From: Octopus vulgaris
Taxonomy: Eukaryota
NCBI GenBank assembly: GCA_951406725.2
Contig: OX597817.1
Span: 66,650,001 to 66,714,000, forward strand
DNA length: 64,000 bases
Reading direction: 5' to 3'
This document shows, piece by piece, positions 1-12,769 of the stretch (position 1 is its first letter; each line of letters starts with the position of its first letter). Under the pieces are notes generated by a model. It saw only the letters and a list, made by a program, of their open reading frames with translations. It searched no databases and was not told the origin of the DNA. Position numbers and translations under genes: made by a program.

Positions 1-1201
1 AGAGTCGAACAAGTTGGGAGGCGGGTGCTTAAGTGGAGGGTAACACTAGACCAACTAACTTGTTTCATGCCACCTCCGGGAACTGTGGCCTTGGTAGTAG
101 CGGTAAGTAGACAAAGAAAAAGCGTACGTTTGTGGGACAGTAGCTGGATCATTTACTCTTATGCCCCTTGAGTGACTTTTTTCTGGATGCGGTCTAAGAC
201 GTCTCTGTAGCACCACCGTTTCAGATGAAGAAGTAGTACTCCAATCTGGGTCATGCGGGCCTGTGGAGTCTCTAGTGATTTTAGTAGAAAGTAGAAAATA
301 AAATGTGTGTGGTAGAGGGAATATTTTCTGACTCGAAAGAAAGAAAAGGACCAGTTTCTGAGATGTAGTATCAATTGTATTAAGGACGTGCTTTCACCGT
401 AAGAGAGGGTAGTGGGGCTTAGCAGGTCTAGCATTTAAAGAAATCGCAAAGACTCTAGCGCGTTGCTACCTTATGTTGGGTACGACGACGCTTTCTGATA
501 CGAGTACCATTTTCTTTTCTTCTACAAAAGGTGTGAGGCCTTTAGTATTGCTAGTGATGGAATAAAGAAGGCTGTCTGCCCCAGTCAACGCTTTTTTGAG
601 TGGAGGAAGAACTGTATAGGCTTAGGAAAAATAAACTTGAGGGCTGCCCTTGGCAGCACACACACTTGCTGCGCCACTGTGTGAGATATCTTGCTTTCTT
701 ATGGATGGTGCTTAGATGGAGAGGTTTGGGAAGAATGAAGAATGTTATTTTCGCGAGAGTGATTCTATCACCATTGTTGTAGGGTCGCAATTTTATGATT
801 ATTGTGTTGCTGCAGATCATCATCGTGTGGTCTAGCTCGCTGTGTGTATAATAAATGAAGCAATCCACGAACTTTTAATTTTTACCATATTTCTTGCTGG
901 ACATGATTTACTGCGTTGGCTGTTTACAAAAGAAAGATGTCGATAATATAACCGCCGGCTGGAAGGAGAGAACCGCACTGTGTCTTGTAGCTGCGATACA
1001 TCGTGTCTTAGTGTCAGAATTCGTTTCTTGCTCGAGGTGGTCTGTCCGAATGCTCAAGTTGGTCTGGTCTTAGCGATCTACTTTCTGCGAGTGCCCAAGA
1101 TGATTTGCGCGAATGCCTGACGCCATCTGGCTGAGTAATGCGCCAAAGAATTTCATAGGTTGAAATAGAGGAGCTATATCATGCCACAGCTTCACGTTGA
1201 T

Positions 1202-1456
1202 TACTCTTTACTCTTTTACTCTTTTACACGTTTCAGACATTTAACTGTTGCCATACTGGAGCACCGTCTTTAGTCGAAGAAATCGACCCCAGGACTTATT
1301 CTTTTTAAGCCTAGTACTTATTCTATCGGTCTCTTTTGCCGAACCGCTTGGTTTCGGGGACCTAAACAGACCAACATCGGTTGTCAAGCGATGGTGGGGG
1401 GACAAACACACACACACGTAAATACATACATACATACATACATACATGCATACATG

Positions 1457-1547
<91 letters not shown>

Positions 1548-1897
1548 GGACAACAAAACATCCAGGTAAATGATACAAAAAGGGACAAGAAAAAACAAGT
1601 ATGTATATGTGCAGATTTGTAAGTTTTGTTTTACGTATGTCTTCTCATGCATACACTTCGGAGTTTTCTTTGCTCAGTCGAGTTCCAGATTATCTTTGCA
1701 ATTTCGGCAGGTTATACTCGAGATTGCTCAAATCTGGCCATCCCCAAGGAAAAATTAAGCTAAGAGCATTAGATTCCTTGGAAGAAAGCAGCAAATGTAT
1801 ACGAAAACAAGGACGAAAAAAAACGGAGAAATGCTACACAAATACAAATGCAGATAACAGGATATTAACAACAGGTGTCTTTCGACTAAGGACAAAT

Positions 1898-1984
<87 letters not shown>

Positions 1985-2151
1985 GTATCTATACACGACG
2001 GGCTTCTTTCGGTTTCCGTCTATCAAATCCACTCACAAGGCTGTGATCGGCCCCAGGCTATAGTAGAAGATACTTGCCCAAGGTGTCACGCAGTGGGACT
2101 GAACCCGGAACCATGTGGATGGAAAGCAATTTTCTTACCACACAGTCACGC
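1202..2151 (-). mobile_element. tRNA-derived octopod SINE, interrupted by microsatellites and a nested repeat
   Basis: Minus-strand head GCGTGACTGTGTGGTAAG...GGTTCCGGGTTCAGTCCC (A/B-box-like), then ACCTTGGGCAAG, internal (CA/TA)n, and an (AGTAAAAG)n-type tail at 1202-1227. Homologous copies at ~3195-3605 (+), ~54015-55560 (+, split by the mariner) and ~61330-61675 (-). Confidence 0.8.
1422..1547. repeat. Compound microsatellite (TACA)n-(CA)n-(TA)n
   Basis: Directly visible; source of the HTHT/VCVC pseudo-ORFs. Confidence 0.95.
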
Positions 2152-2349
2152 TTGCACCTATTGGTCGATTTATATATTTATATGCAATTATCGTTGAAAT
2201 ATACTAAGTGGAGAAACAACTTATTTTACTTGAATGTGAGTTCGATAAATCGTTCATTTAATGAAAAATATTACATTGGATGGATTTTTATTATGAATTT
2301 TTCAATATTTCTGTAATACGGTGCTTCGTTGTCCTGGGTATGAATTTAA

Positions 2350-2935
2350 ACTGCATCTTGCAGTGGGACCCTGGTTCCGGTGTGCCAGGGTTTGAAGAAT
2401 GTGGAACCATATCTTGACTATTTATTGTTCCTATTTCTATTCTTATGCGGAGTAGTAGCGCCCGTCAGGGTTCCGATTAAGGGTTAGGTAGCAGGCCAGT
2501 CGAGCAGATAGAGTTCGTTATTCTGGGAGGGCAACCCATCTACGGGAAGGAAAATCTTGATTCCAAATATCTTCTGCATTGTGGCCATATCCAGCCGTAG
2601 GAAAGGCTTCAGGAGTAAACCATGAGGTAAAATCGGAGCCCCTGAGGCAGTTCGACGTTGTCTACAACCTTGTTCTAGCAACTCCAGCGACAATGTTGGT
2701 GCTAAATTGTAACATTGGTACAGTTCCTTTCGATCCATTATTGATGTTGAGAGGTAAAAGTCTCTGTATGGCAACAAGCTTGGATCCCATTGAACGGCCT
2801 ATTCTGGAGAGTTAGTACCGGGCAACTTAAACCAGATAGCCTACAAGTGCAGCTTGTGTGACAGAGACTGTTATTTGCACATCGGATTGATCAGTCATAG
2901 ATAACGTTGTTTCAGTTGAGCGGACAACTAGGGCA
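2350..2935 (+). mobile_element. Internally deleted RTE-derived non-autonomous retroposon (5' UTR-like part fused to ORF 3' end)
   Basis: RTE-like leader (GGGCAACCCATCTACGGGAAGGAAAA...GGAAAGGCTTCAGGAGTAAACC) joined to the relic YKCSLCDRDCYLHIGLISHR*RC at 2842-2910, which resembles an RTE C-terminal finger. 2351-2455 recurs at 4075-4176. Confidence 0.55.
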
Positions 2936-3194
2936 AGAAGACAGCTGCAGATACGTGTTTCTATAACAATAGGTATAATCAACAATGGGTATAATTAGCA
3001 ATTGTCCTGTCTAGACTTCAGCTAACATGAGAGTTCTATATGCAAAAAAGCAGAAATGTATGGCCTACTGGAAAATGCATAATGTAAACAAAAATGAGCT
3101 AAGGCAAATGTCGCAGGCCACTCTGAGTTATTTCTCTTAGTAAATCCAAGTGGGAACGACTTGCATACATACATAAACGCATACATACATTGCT

Positions 3195-3605
3195 TCAGTA
3201 CCACATCGTTCCAGGTTCGGTCCCACTGCGTGACACCTCGGTCGGCTGTCTCCTACTATAGCCTGGGGCCGACCAAAGACTTGTGAGTAGATTTGGCTGA
3301 CTGAACCTGAAAGAAGCCCATTGCATGTGTGTGTGTGTGTATGTCTGTGTGTGTGTGTGTGTGTTTCTGTATGTGTATCTGTGTTTCTGTACGTGTGCCT
3401 GTGTTTGTCCGCCACCACCGCCTGACAAACGGTGTCGGTGTGCTTACGTCACTGTAACATAGCAGTTCGTCAAACACATCCAACAAAGAACCAGACTAAA
3501 GAAAAAAATTAAGTATTGGGGTCAATTCATTCGACTAAAAATTCTTCAAGGTGGTGTCCCTGCATGGCCGCAGTTTAATGAGTGAAAGGAGTAAAAGTAA
3601 AAGAA
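3195..3605 (+). mobile_element. Octopod SINE (same family as 1202-2151, opposite orientation)
   Basis: GGTTCGGTCCCACTGCGTGACACC...CTACTATAGCC...GAAAGAAGCCC, (TG)n, and tail CATGGCCGCAG...GTAAAAGTAAAAG. Confidence 0.8.
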
Positions 3606-3612
3606 TATGGTG

Positions 3613-3617
<5 letters not shown>

Positions 3618-3646
<29 letters not shown>

Positions 3647-3978
3647 TGTATGTATGTATGTATGTATGTATGTATGTATGTATGTATGTATGTATGTATG
3701 TATGTCATTATTTAGGTTTTTTTTCAAGATTTCAAAGGTTCCTTCATTGGAATTTCAATAGGGTATGTATGTATGTATATGTGCAGATTTGTAAGTTTTG
3801 TTTTACGTATGTCTTCTCATGCATACACTTGCATATCCAGACGTGCTCATATATACTTCTGGGAAGTTTTACAGATTTTTACAGTTCCAGTGATGGCTTG
3901 TATGTATGTATGTATGTATGTATGTATGTATGTATGTATGTATGTATGTATGTATGTATGTATGTATGTATGTATGTA
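3618..3978. repeat. (TATG)n microsatellite arrays (3618-3705 and 3900-3978)
   Basis: Directly visible. Confidence 0.95.
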
Positions 3979-4180
3979 CGTATATCGACTAGCAGTGGTA
4001 GGTTAATTTGAATGCAGAGCTTTATTCTCCTATACTGGTTGTCCTAATCACGGCTTCGTTTCAAAACAGGCGCCCTGCATCTTGTAGTGGGGCCCTGGTT
4101 CCGGTGTCCCAGGGTTTGAGGAATGTGGAACCATAATTTGACTATTATTGTTCCTAGTTCTATTCTTACGCGGAGTATAA

Positions 4181-7100
4181 GTCTTCCCCCATCAACACTT
4201 ATGGCTTTGACAGTGCAGCCAGTTACGGGACTGTCTTTACTATGACCTGGTTATATGTCAGAGTGTCCCTCTTCTAGAAGAATTGCCTTCACCACGGCTA
4301 ATGAGCCTCATCTACATCTCCTACTCCACAAAAAGTGTTGTAGAAGCGTTTGTCACTGAAATCCAATGAAGTACAGATGTCCCCGACAAAACACCATCAT
4401 TGTACAATCATCACTTTTCAAAAGTCCCATGGCGATAAAGGCGTGGCGACTTATGCAGACTTGACTAGTTGGAAGCATGCAGTTACAACTCTACACATAA
4501 GGCGGCAGAGTTCTTAACATCGCCAACATATTTTCATGGACAGGAACTGTTTTCGGTGGAGAATCCTGTGTCTGAGCAGCCCTTTTAAGGAGAGCACTGC
4601 TCACCTGGATATACTGGGTGGGTGCTAGAAAAGGTGCTCTAAAATTTATCTGTCCTCTCTCTGTTGGTTAGTTAACTGCAGCTAACGGTAGTTCAATTTA
4701 GCAGGAATAAACAAAGAATTGATATAAACAATGATAACAAGTATACAAGGAACAGGGTTTCTCTTAACTTAGCTTGTTGGGGTGTGAGAATCCTTTTACA
4801 TCTAGCAGATAGGCCTGAAAGAAGAACAGCTCTTGTAACTAAGGAGCTGAGGTGTCTTAATGTTGATGTTGCTGCTCTTTCTGAAGTAAGATGTTCAGAT
4901 GAAGATCATCTTGTCGAAAGAGCGGTAAGTTTCACATTATTCTGGGTTGGTAAGCCAAAGGGAGAGAAAAGGGAAGGTAGTGTTGGGTTTGCAATTAGAA
5001 GTGATTTGCTAAAAGACCTAGAACAACTACAAAGTATAAGTACACGCATAATGAAATTCTGGACCCCTCTTTCTTGTGGATATTTTGTAACTGTTTTCTC
5101 TATTTATGCTCCTACACTTTCAGCTAGTGAGGAAAATATCCATGCATTTTATGAGGAGCTTAGAAGAAGTATTCTGTCAGACCCTTTGAATGAGAAGTTG
5201 GTTGTGCTTGGTGACTTTAATGCACGTGTTGGTAGAGACTAGGGTGTTTGGAATGTACTTGGGCGTTACGGAATAGTAAAGTCGAACAACAATGGGTTGC
5301 ATCTGCTACAAATATGCTCTAAGCTAGGGTTGATTGTTGGGAATACTTTCTTTCATCATATGATGAAACATAAAGTTACCTGGATTCACCCAAGATCAAA
5401 GCAAGGTCACATGATTGACTTTGTATTAACTCGGAAAGCTGACTTACAAGATTTGTGCAATTTCAGAGTATTGCGAGGTGCTGATTGTGATATTGATCAC
5501 AAAATGGTTAGGGCCAAGTTCAAGTTCAGGGTCCGTAAGAAGATTCGTAGTGCAGGTGTACGGGTACCAAAGAAAATTGATGTAGAGCAGCAAAAACAAC
5601 CACAAGTTTTGCAGTTGGTTCAGAAGAGATGCAGCAGTGTTCATTTTGAAGGTTCATGGCAATCTTTCCGTGATAGAATATATAAAATGGGATCAGAGGT
5701 GTTAGGTTTTAAGAGGAGACAACACCGAGATTGGTTTGATTCCAATGATACAGTGATAAATGAGATTTTAGCAACAAAGAGGTTCACTCATTAATAGCTT
5801 CTTGACCCAAACGTTAACAACAAAGTGCAACTAGAAAAGTTGTACAAGTCTCAGAAAGAAGACTTGCAAAAAGAACTTAGGAGGCTTAAAGACACTTGGT
5901 GGAGAAATTTGTCTGAGGAAGTACAGGCAGTCTATGACAGGAAAGACATTAAAAGTTTCTATAGTTTATTGTGACAAGCTTTTGGACCGCAATCTTCATC
6001 ATCATATGTTCCCTTGAAGTCGGAAGATGGAAATGAGGTTATTAAAGATCCTCTTGGAATAATGAATAGATGGAGAGAACACTTTGCAGATCTTTTTCAC
6101 AATCCGTCTGTTGCGAACATGGATATCATAAACAACATTCCGCAAAGAGAGATAGTGCAACACAAGGATGATATGCCTTCTATTGAAGAAGTAAATCTAG
6201 CATTATGTAAACTGGGATCAGGTAAAGCTCCTGGGTTGGATGGTATTCCAGTTGAAATTCTGAAAGCAGGTGGGGATCATATTTCATCTGAAATTCATAA
6301 CCTGATAACTCGAGTTTGGAATGAATCTTCTGTGCTATAAGAATGGATAACTGGCATTCTTATCTCTCTACACAAGGGTAAGGGCCCGAAAGCAGTGTGT
6401 AGCAATTCTAGAGGGATAACTTTTCTGGCACATACCGGGAAGATACTTTCAAGGATCATGTTAGATCGTCTTGTTGAGAATGTGTGTCCACAGGTGATTC
6501 CTGAAGAACAGTGTAGTTTCAGACCTGAGCGAGGAACAATGGACATGATATTTTCTCTGAGGCAAGTTCAAAAGAAATGATTAGAGGAACAAATGCCACT
6601 ATATCTGGTCTTCATAGATTTAACTAAGGCATTTGACACAGTAAACAGGGAGGCACTGTGGATTGTTTTGTGTAAACTTGGTTGTCCAACACATTTTGTG
6701 AGCATCTTTAAGGAACTACACATAAACATGAAAGCTCAGGTAGTCTTTAATGGTGAGCTATCTCATGAATTTTCGATGGACAACGGTGTCAAACAGGGAG
6801 ATATTCCTTCCCCTACAATTTTCTCTGTTTATTTTGCTGCATTACTTTAGTATGCTTTTAAGGATTGCAACAGGGGAATCGGAATCAGATATTGGGGCAT
6901 CTGGTCATATTTTTAATTTGACCCAGTTTAACTGCAAAGCAAAGACTTTCAAAATACTTGTTAGAGAATTACTTTATGCTGATGATGCTGATTTGTTGGC
7001 ACACTCAGAGGGGAATATGCAATATTCAATGGACAAATTTTCCACTGCATGTGTACATTTCGGGCTTACATTTAGTCTTGGGAAAACCAAAGTAATGTTT

Positions 7101-8163
7101 ACTTCTGTGCCAGGACAAATATATTCTGAATCAAACATTTGTGTGAATGGTACAAGGTTAGAAGTCGTTGACACCTTTGTTTACCTAGGAAGCACACTAT
7201 CATGAAATAGTAGTCTTGATGCAGAGATATACTATTGAATAGGGAAGGAAAGTGTTGCATTTGGAAAGCGAGTATGGACGGATAGAGGTACTTCCCTGCA
7301 GACAAGATTCAGTGTCTATAAAGCGTGTGTATTGTCTGCGCTTCTTTATTCAAGTGAGACATGGACCACTTACAAGTATCCAGACATATCTTAGGAGTCA
7401 AGTAGTAATGTTTCATACCATATACAGAGGTTTTGCGCATGGCACGTTGCAGCTCAAATGTGATGGACAGGACATGTTATTAGAATGAAAGACGAGCATT
7501 TGCTAAAACGTCTTTTTTGTGGTGAGCTCAACTTTGGTAAGCAACCACAACATAAGTCGAGGGAAAAGTATAATGACTGTGTGAAGGAAAACATGAAGAA
7601 ACTAGATATGAACAAAAGTGATTGGGAAAATGATGCTCTAGATCGGAACAAAGTGGAAAGGTGCTGTCAGGATTGGTTATAATGTCTAGGAGGAAAAGAT
7701 GCTTCAGCACTCTGAACTTAAAAGGGTCAGTTGCAAAGGACCAATTGGAACTGTAACGAGCAGTGAACATTGGATATGTATTATATGTGATCGTGTTCTG
7801 TTGTCAAAAGCAGGATACGTGAACCATATGAAGTCACATGAAAATTGTAATGCCCAGATTGGTAATGATCTTGGACACCAACCACCTCTTACGACTTGTG
7901 TCATATGTCAAAAAACTTATAAGACAATATCTAGATTTAAAAGACATATGCTAGTTCACAAAAACATACCTTCAGAATCAGATTCCAAAGGGCAAAGATA
8001 TAGAAGAAACTTGAATAATATCTATCACTTGTGTTTTAAACACTGTCAGTCAGCAGCTGGTCTTAAAAGTCATCTAAGGACTCATCAGCAGAGTGATTGT
8101 ACTGTGTGATGGGGTGTGTGTTGATTGAACGGCTATCATCTCTCAAGATGAAACAATCATCAT
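4181..8163 (+). mobile_element. Near full-length RTE-clade LINE (APE endonuclease, RT, 3 C2H2 fingers), inactivated
   Basis: Collinear ORF fragments: RPERRTALV/AALSEVR/IYAPT/LGDFNARVG (APE); [30 protein letters not shown] at 6975-6986 (RT); C2H2 motifs in 7699-8109; (ATC)n-type 3' end. Several stops and frameshifts. The 5' boundary is approximate. Confidence 0.92.
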
Positions 8164-8516
8164 GTATATCGGCTAAAACGATCTTTAAGAGCAACATATC
8201 TATAACATTATCCAGTTTATTTAGCATAAATTTCACATATAGCTCGTATTATTTTCATTAAGATAAACGTCATTGAGTGTATAATCACAAAATTACATAA
8301 TTATGATACATAATTAAGAAATTTAAATTAGTTTAAAAACTATGTTTATCCAAATCACAGAGTTATGGTTTTCTGATTAACATAACATAATATCTGGATG
8401 ATTTGTATGAAAACAGTTTTTAAATTTACACAGAAAATACAATGAAACATCGTTGAGCATAATTAAAATATGAACTGTGTGAAATTTACGCTTTTCTAAT
8501 ATCTATGCGAAGGAGC

Positions 8517-8517
<1 letters not shown>

Positions 8518-8588
<71 letters not shown>

Positions 8589-8960
8589 AGTGCGTGTGTG
8601 TGTGTGTGTGCGTGAGTGTGTAGATGTGTGTGCGCGCACGAGCGTATAAATGTAAACATGTATGTATGTATACATGCATGTGTCTATGCACGTATGTGTG
8701 TATACACATAGATTCATATACGCATATACACATACATACATACATACATATATACATCATACATACATACATACATTCTACACACTACATATACATACAT
8801 ATGCACACAAACATACACGTGTGTATGTAAGTGTATATACATATATGCGAATGCGCATGTGTGTATACACACATACACACACATTACAACACAGACACAC
8901 ACACAAAGGCGACACGCTCTTTCGCATATACATTACACTTATCTGTGTGTAAGTATTCCT
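8518..8960. repeat. (TG)n followed by degenerate (TG/CA/TACA)n simple repeats
   Basis: Directly visible. Confidence 0.9.
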
Positions 8961-9596
8961 GCGTGCATGCCTGTGTCAAGTCGAACATAATTACTATACG
9001 CTTTGGAACCGAAGGGTTAACTAAGCCAGCCAGTCAGTCAGTCATGCAGTTCAAGATATTCTACTAACGGTTACACCGCCCTCTAGTTTAGCTGGTTGCG
9101 TGGGAAAAGATGACGTTAAGCTTTCTCGGAGACACTCGCTACTTTGTTCCACTCATACTGTAATTTTAGTAGTGGTTGTTATTGTTGTTATTTTTTATGC
9201 GTTTACTTTTTGAAGACAGAATCGCTACAGCGCCAGATAAAATACCCTACGGTATATTATTACATCCGTTTAGGTGCTGAGATCAAATCTGACTGTGCGA
9301 TAAAAGAGGTAAACTTTGCCATTCTTTCTCCTGAGATCGATTAAATAAGTACCAGTTAAGTACTTAGATATAATCTTCTGCATTTTGTATTATCCATTGG
9401 CCTTGTGTTTGCGTTAGAAATCGTAATTGTTACACGAAGTTAAGGGAAACGATAGCGAACAGAACCTGTAGCTTACATATGTTCTTATACTGTTTTACAT
9501 TCTCAATAAAAAAAAACTTAATCAATCTTTATCCATGAACACACCAGCTTATATCCACCCCTATATATTTATAAATTTGTGTGTGCGCGGGCGCTT

Positions 9597-9597
9597 G

Positions 9598-9684
<87 letters not shown>

Positions 9685-9687
9685 ATA

Positions 9688-9743
<56 letters not shown>
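9597..9743. repeat. (TATC)n-(TA)n microsatellite
   Basis: Directly visible. Confidence 0.95.
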
Positions 9744-9744
<1 letters not shown>

Positions 9745-11070
9745 TAGCTGGTGTACCCGGTAATTCCCGGAGGTAAAATTTTCTATTGAAACGCCTTATT
9801 ACTCTGATATAAGAAAGCAATTTCGTTACAACTGCCAAAAGGTGTATTTTCCGTCACGAAAAAGTACAAAAACTTGTCAGCTGGAGGAGGGAGAGATTAT
9901 ATGTATATAAATATATGAATGAAGTGTTTGAATAAAGTGCAATAATAACGTTCACACTCACTGATGGTCACTCTCAGTAACTGCCTTTAGCTTACGGAGT
10001 TCTTGTTTTTATAACTATCGAAAAGCAGCCAGAAGGATACACATACTGTTGAGAACAAATGGTTTCGTTGGAGGTCTGTTATCTCCATTCTAGCCCCTGG
10101 TGGCCTAGAAGAGGTTAGAAGGGTCAACTGGCAGAGACATTATTCTGCTTAGCCAAGGCATCTGGGAAATGTATAACTGCTGTCATTTACAGAAAAACTA
10201 TTGTTTTATCATGAGAAAAGTGCTGTTGAAGTATTAAGTGAAATTTGGCAATCGGGCATCGAATCCACGCTATGCCTGCATGAAGCCACTACAAATATGT
10301 TGTGGAATAAAAAAATTATCTACTGTCATGGAAAAAGTGTAACTGTGAAAATGCAGAATTATCGGAGTATTGGGCATTCAAAAAAGTATGTATGTATAGA
10401 AATGTATGAATGACGTCTTTAAGGTTTAAGATTCAAATCAAGGAAATGCAATAATAATGTTTAGCAGTTCAAAACTGTGAGTAGTGAAAGGCAGAATTAG
10501 GTCGGCTGATCAGATATTGATCGCTTCACAAAAAAACTGCAGGTGGCATCGTTATTTCCCTTGAGTTGTTTAAATAATATATTAGTAATATGTAGTAGAT
10601 AGAAGGATCCATTGGAGGGGCCCTATCATCATTTTCAACAATCTAAGTATGTCAGGAGGTTTCCACACATGAGTTCTACTCACGTGTCAAATAAAGTATA
10701 AAAGGGATATTGTCTGCAAAAATTAGAAATTGGACATGCAAAAAATCAATATCCAAAGTAATCAAACATAAACAATTAAATGGGTTATTTCCCTTGAGTG
10801 CTTAAAATAATATTGTGCAGGTGCTATGGGTTATTTCCCATAGGTGTTAAAAATAAAATTAGTTATATGAAATAGATATAAAGGTCCCTCCTAGGGGCGG
10901 TATTATCGATTTATTTTCAACAAAGCATGTCACGAGGTTTCCAGACATGAATTCTACTCACATGTCAAGTTTCATCAAAATCAATAAAACGATGTAGGAG
11001 GAGTTAGCTAACAACGCCACAAACAAACACACACCGATTTTCAATAGGTACCAAAATAATATTTGGGATT
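9744..11070 (-). mobile_element. Non-autonomous Helitron-like element
   Basis: Minus-strand 3' end CCGGGAATTACCGGG hairpin, 8 nt, then CTAG|T at 9744. Internal imperfect duplication (~10550-10690 vs ~10830-10970) and AAGTTTCATCAAAATC motif. The 5' boundary is uncertain. Confidence 0.55.
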
Positions 11071-11465
11071 TATGGAGGGGTAAAGTTGCGAACAAAAACA
11101 GGGCAGTGGAGACATACAAGGAAACCGAACGAAAACAAACATGGAGGGTCGTTAGACCAGAACGAGGGTAAAATAGTGAACGCTGGAGAAATATTTTCTT
11201 TCATAAGAGAAAAGATAGAAGAGAGAGATATAAGATACGTCCAATATACTTGTTTATGATGTGCGATGAATTTATGAAAAGAAGTCCCATAAAAAATGGA
11301 GAAGACAGGTTGTTAATATATATATAAAATTTATTTCAGGGATATAAATACCTCCTAAAGGGATGTCAGCATCCAAGTTCCCCAGTTTTATCCAGTGTAT
11401 CAGTGAAATACTAAAAGATGTTAGCTTCAGATTGATGGATATGGGTATATTATCATTTTATGTAT

Positions 11466-11838
11466 AAGAAAATGGAGAAGTTGATATATAGACATCAATT
11501 TATTGAAACAAATCCAATTTCGAATATCAAACTCATAGAACATACAATTGTTTCCATGTCCAATCAATTCATTCAAATTAGAAAAATTAAAGATTCATAT
11601 TGAATTATAGTTAATTGAACATTTCGTCAGGGTCAGAACTTGATAGAAAAAGGAACTACATCCCTGACGAAATGTTCAATTAACTATATAATTCAATAAG
11701 TATCTTTAATTTGATTTTTCTAATTTGAATTAATTGATTGGACATGGAAACAATTGTAGGTTCTATGAGTTTGATGTTATTCGAAATTGAGTTTGTTTTA
11801 ATAAATTGATGTCTATATGTCAATTTCTTCATTTTCTT
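11466..11838. repeat. Long inverted repeat (fold-back), arms ~167/177 bp, 29-bp spacer
   Basis: 11466-11632 is the imperfect reverse complement of 11662-11838 (core AATTGAACATTTCGTCAGGG/CCCTGACGAAATGTTCAATT). Confidence 0.92.
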
Positions 11839-11865
11839 CTTTTTCTTATCATACACACACATGTA

Positions 11866-11941
<76 letters not shown>

Positions 11942-12219
11942 TGTGTGTGTGCGTGTATGTGCGCGCGCGCGATTGTGTGTGTGCAAATACATACTAGGCG
12001 AAGTTTTGGAATATATATAACAGACCACTTAAAAGCACTCAGTCCGCTCCGCTCGGTGGTTGGTGTTAAGAAGGGCATCCAACCATAAAAACCTTGCCAA
12101 AACAGACACAGAAGTATGAAACAGGCTTCTGCTTGGTCAGCTTCTGTCAAACCGTCCAACCCATACCAGTATGGAAGAAGGACGTTAAACGACGACGACG
12201 ACGACGATGATGATGATGA

Positions 12220-12286
<67 letters not shown>

Positions 12287-12769
12287 CTGCGGCCATGCCA
12301 GGGCACTGCCTTGAAGGGTTTTAAGAGGAGCTAATCGACCCCAGGATTCTTTTTTAAAGCCCGGTACTTATTCTATCGATTTGCTTTGCCAAACCGCTAC
12401 GTTACAGGGATATAAGCACACCAACATCGGTTGTCAGGCAGTGATGGGGGGCAAAAACAGACAAAAGAAACACACACACACATAATATGAAGAAAAAAGG
12501 AATTAAAAAGTCTTGGCAGACCAATAAAGCACTCAATATTAAAAGAAGTTGGTTGACAATATTCAATAATTAGACACCAGTAAATGTAAGTAGAATACAG
12601 ATCTCTGGTAAATCCTCATGCATGACATCCAAATATCCTTTTTGTTATCCACTGACGTCACCATTAGTTGAATACAGCTATGCCTTAGATTGAATTCCCT
12701 CTAAGCGTTCTTTTTGTAGGCGTTTGTGTACTGGTAATATTTCGTTTGTTCAATTCGAATTTCACTAAT

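Noticed and set aside
2090-2151. tRNA gene
   Set aside because: It is the tRNA-derived head of a SINE; there is no complete cloverleaf.
7699-8109. Stand-alone host C2H2 zinc-finger gene
   Set aside because: It is collinear with, and directly follows, the RTE RT region and precedes the LINE tail.
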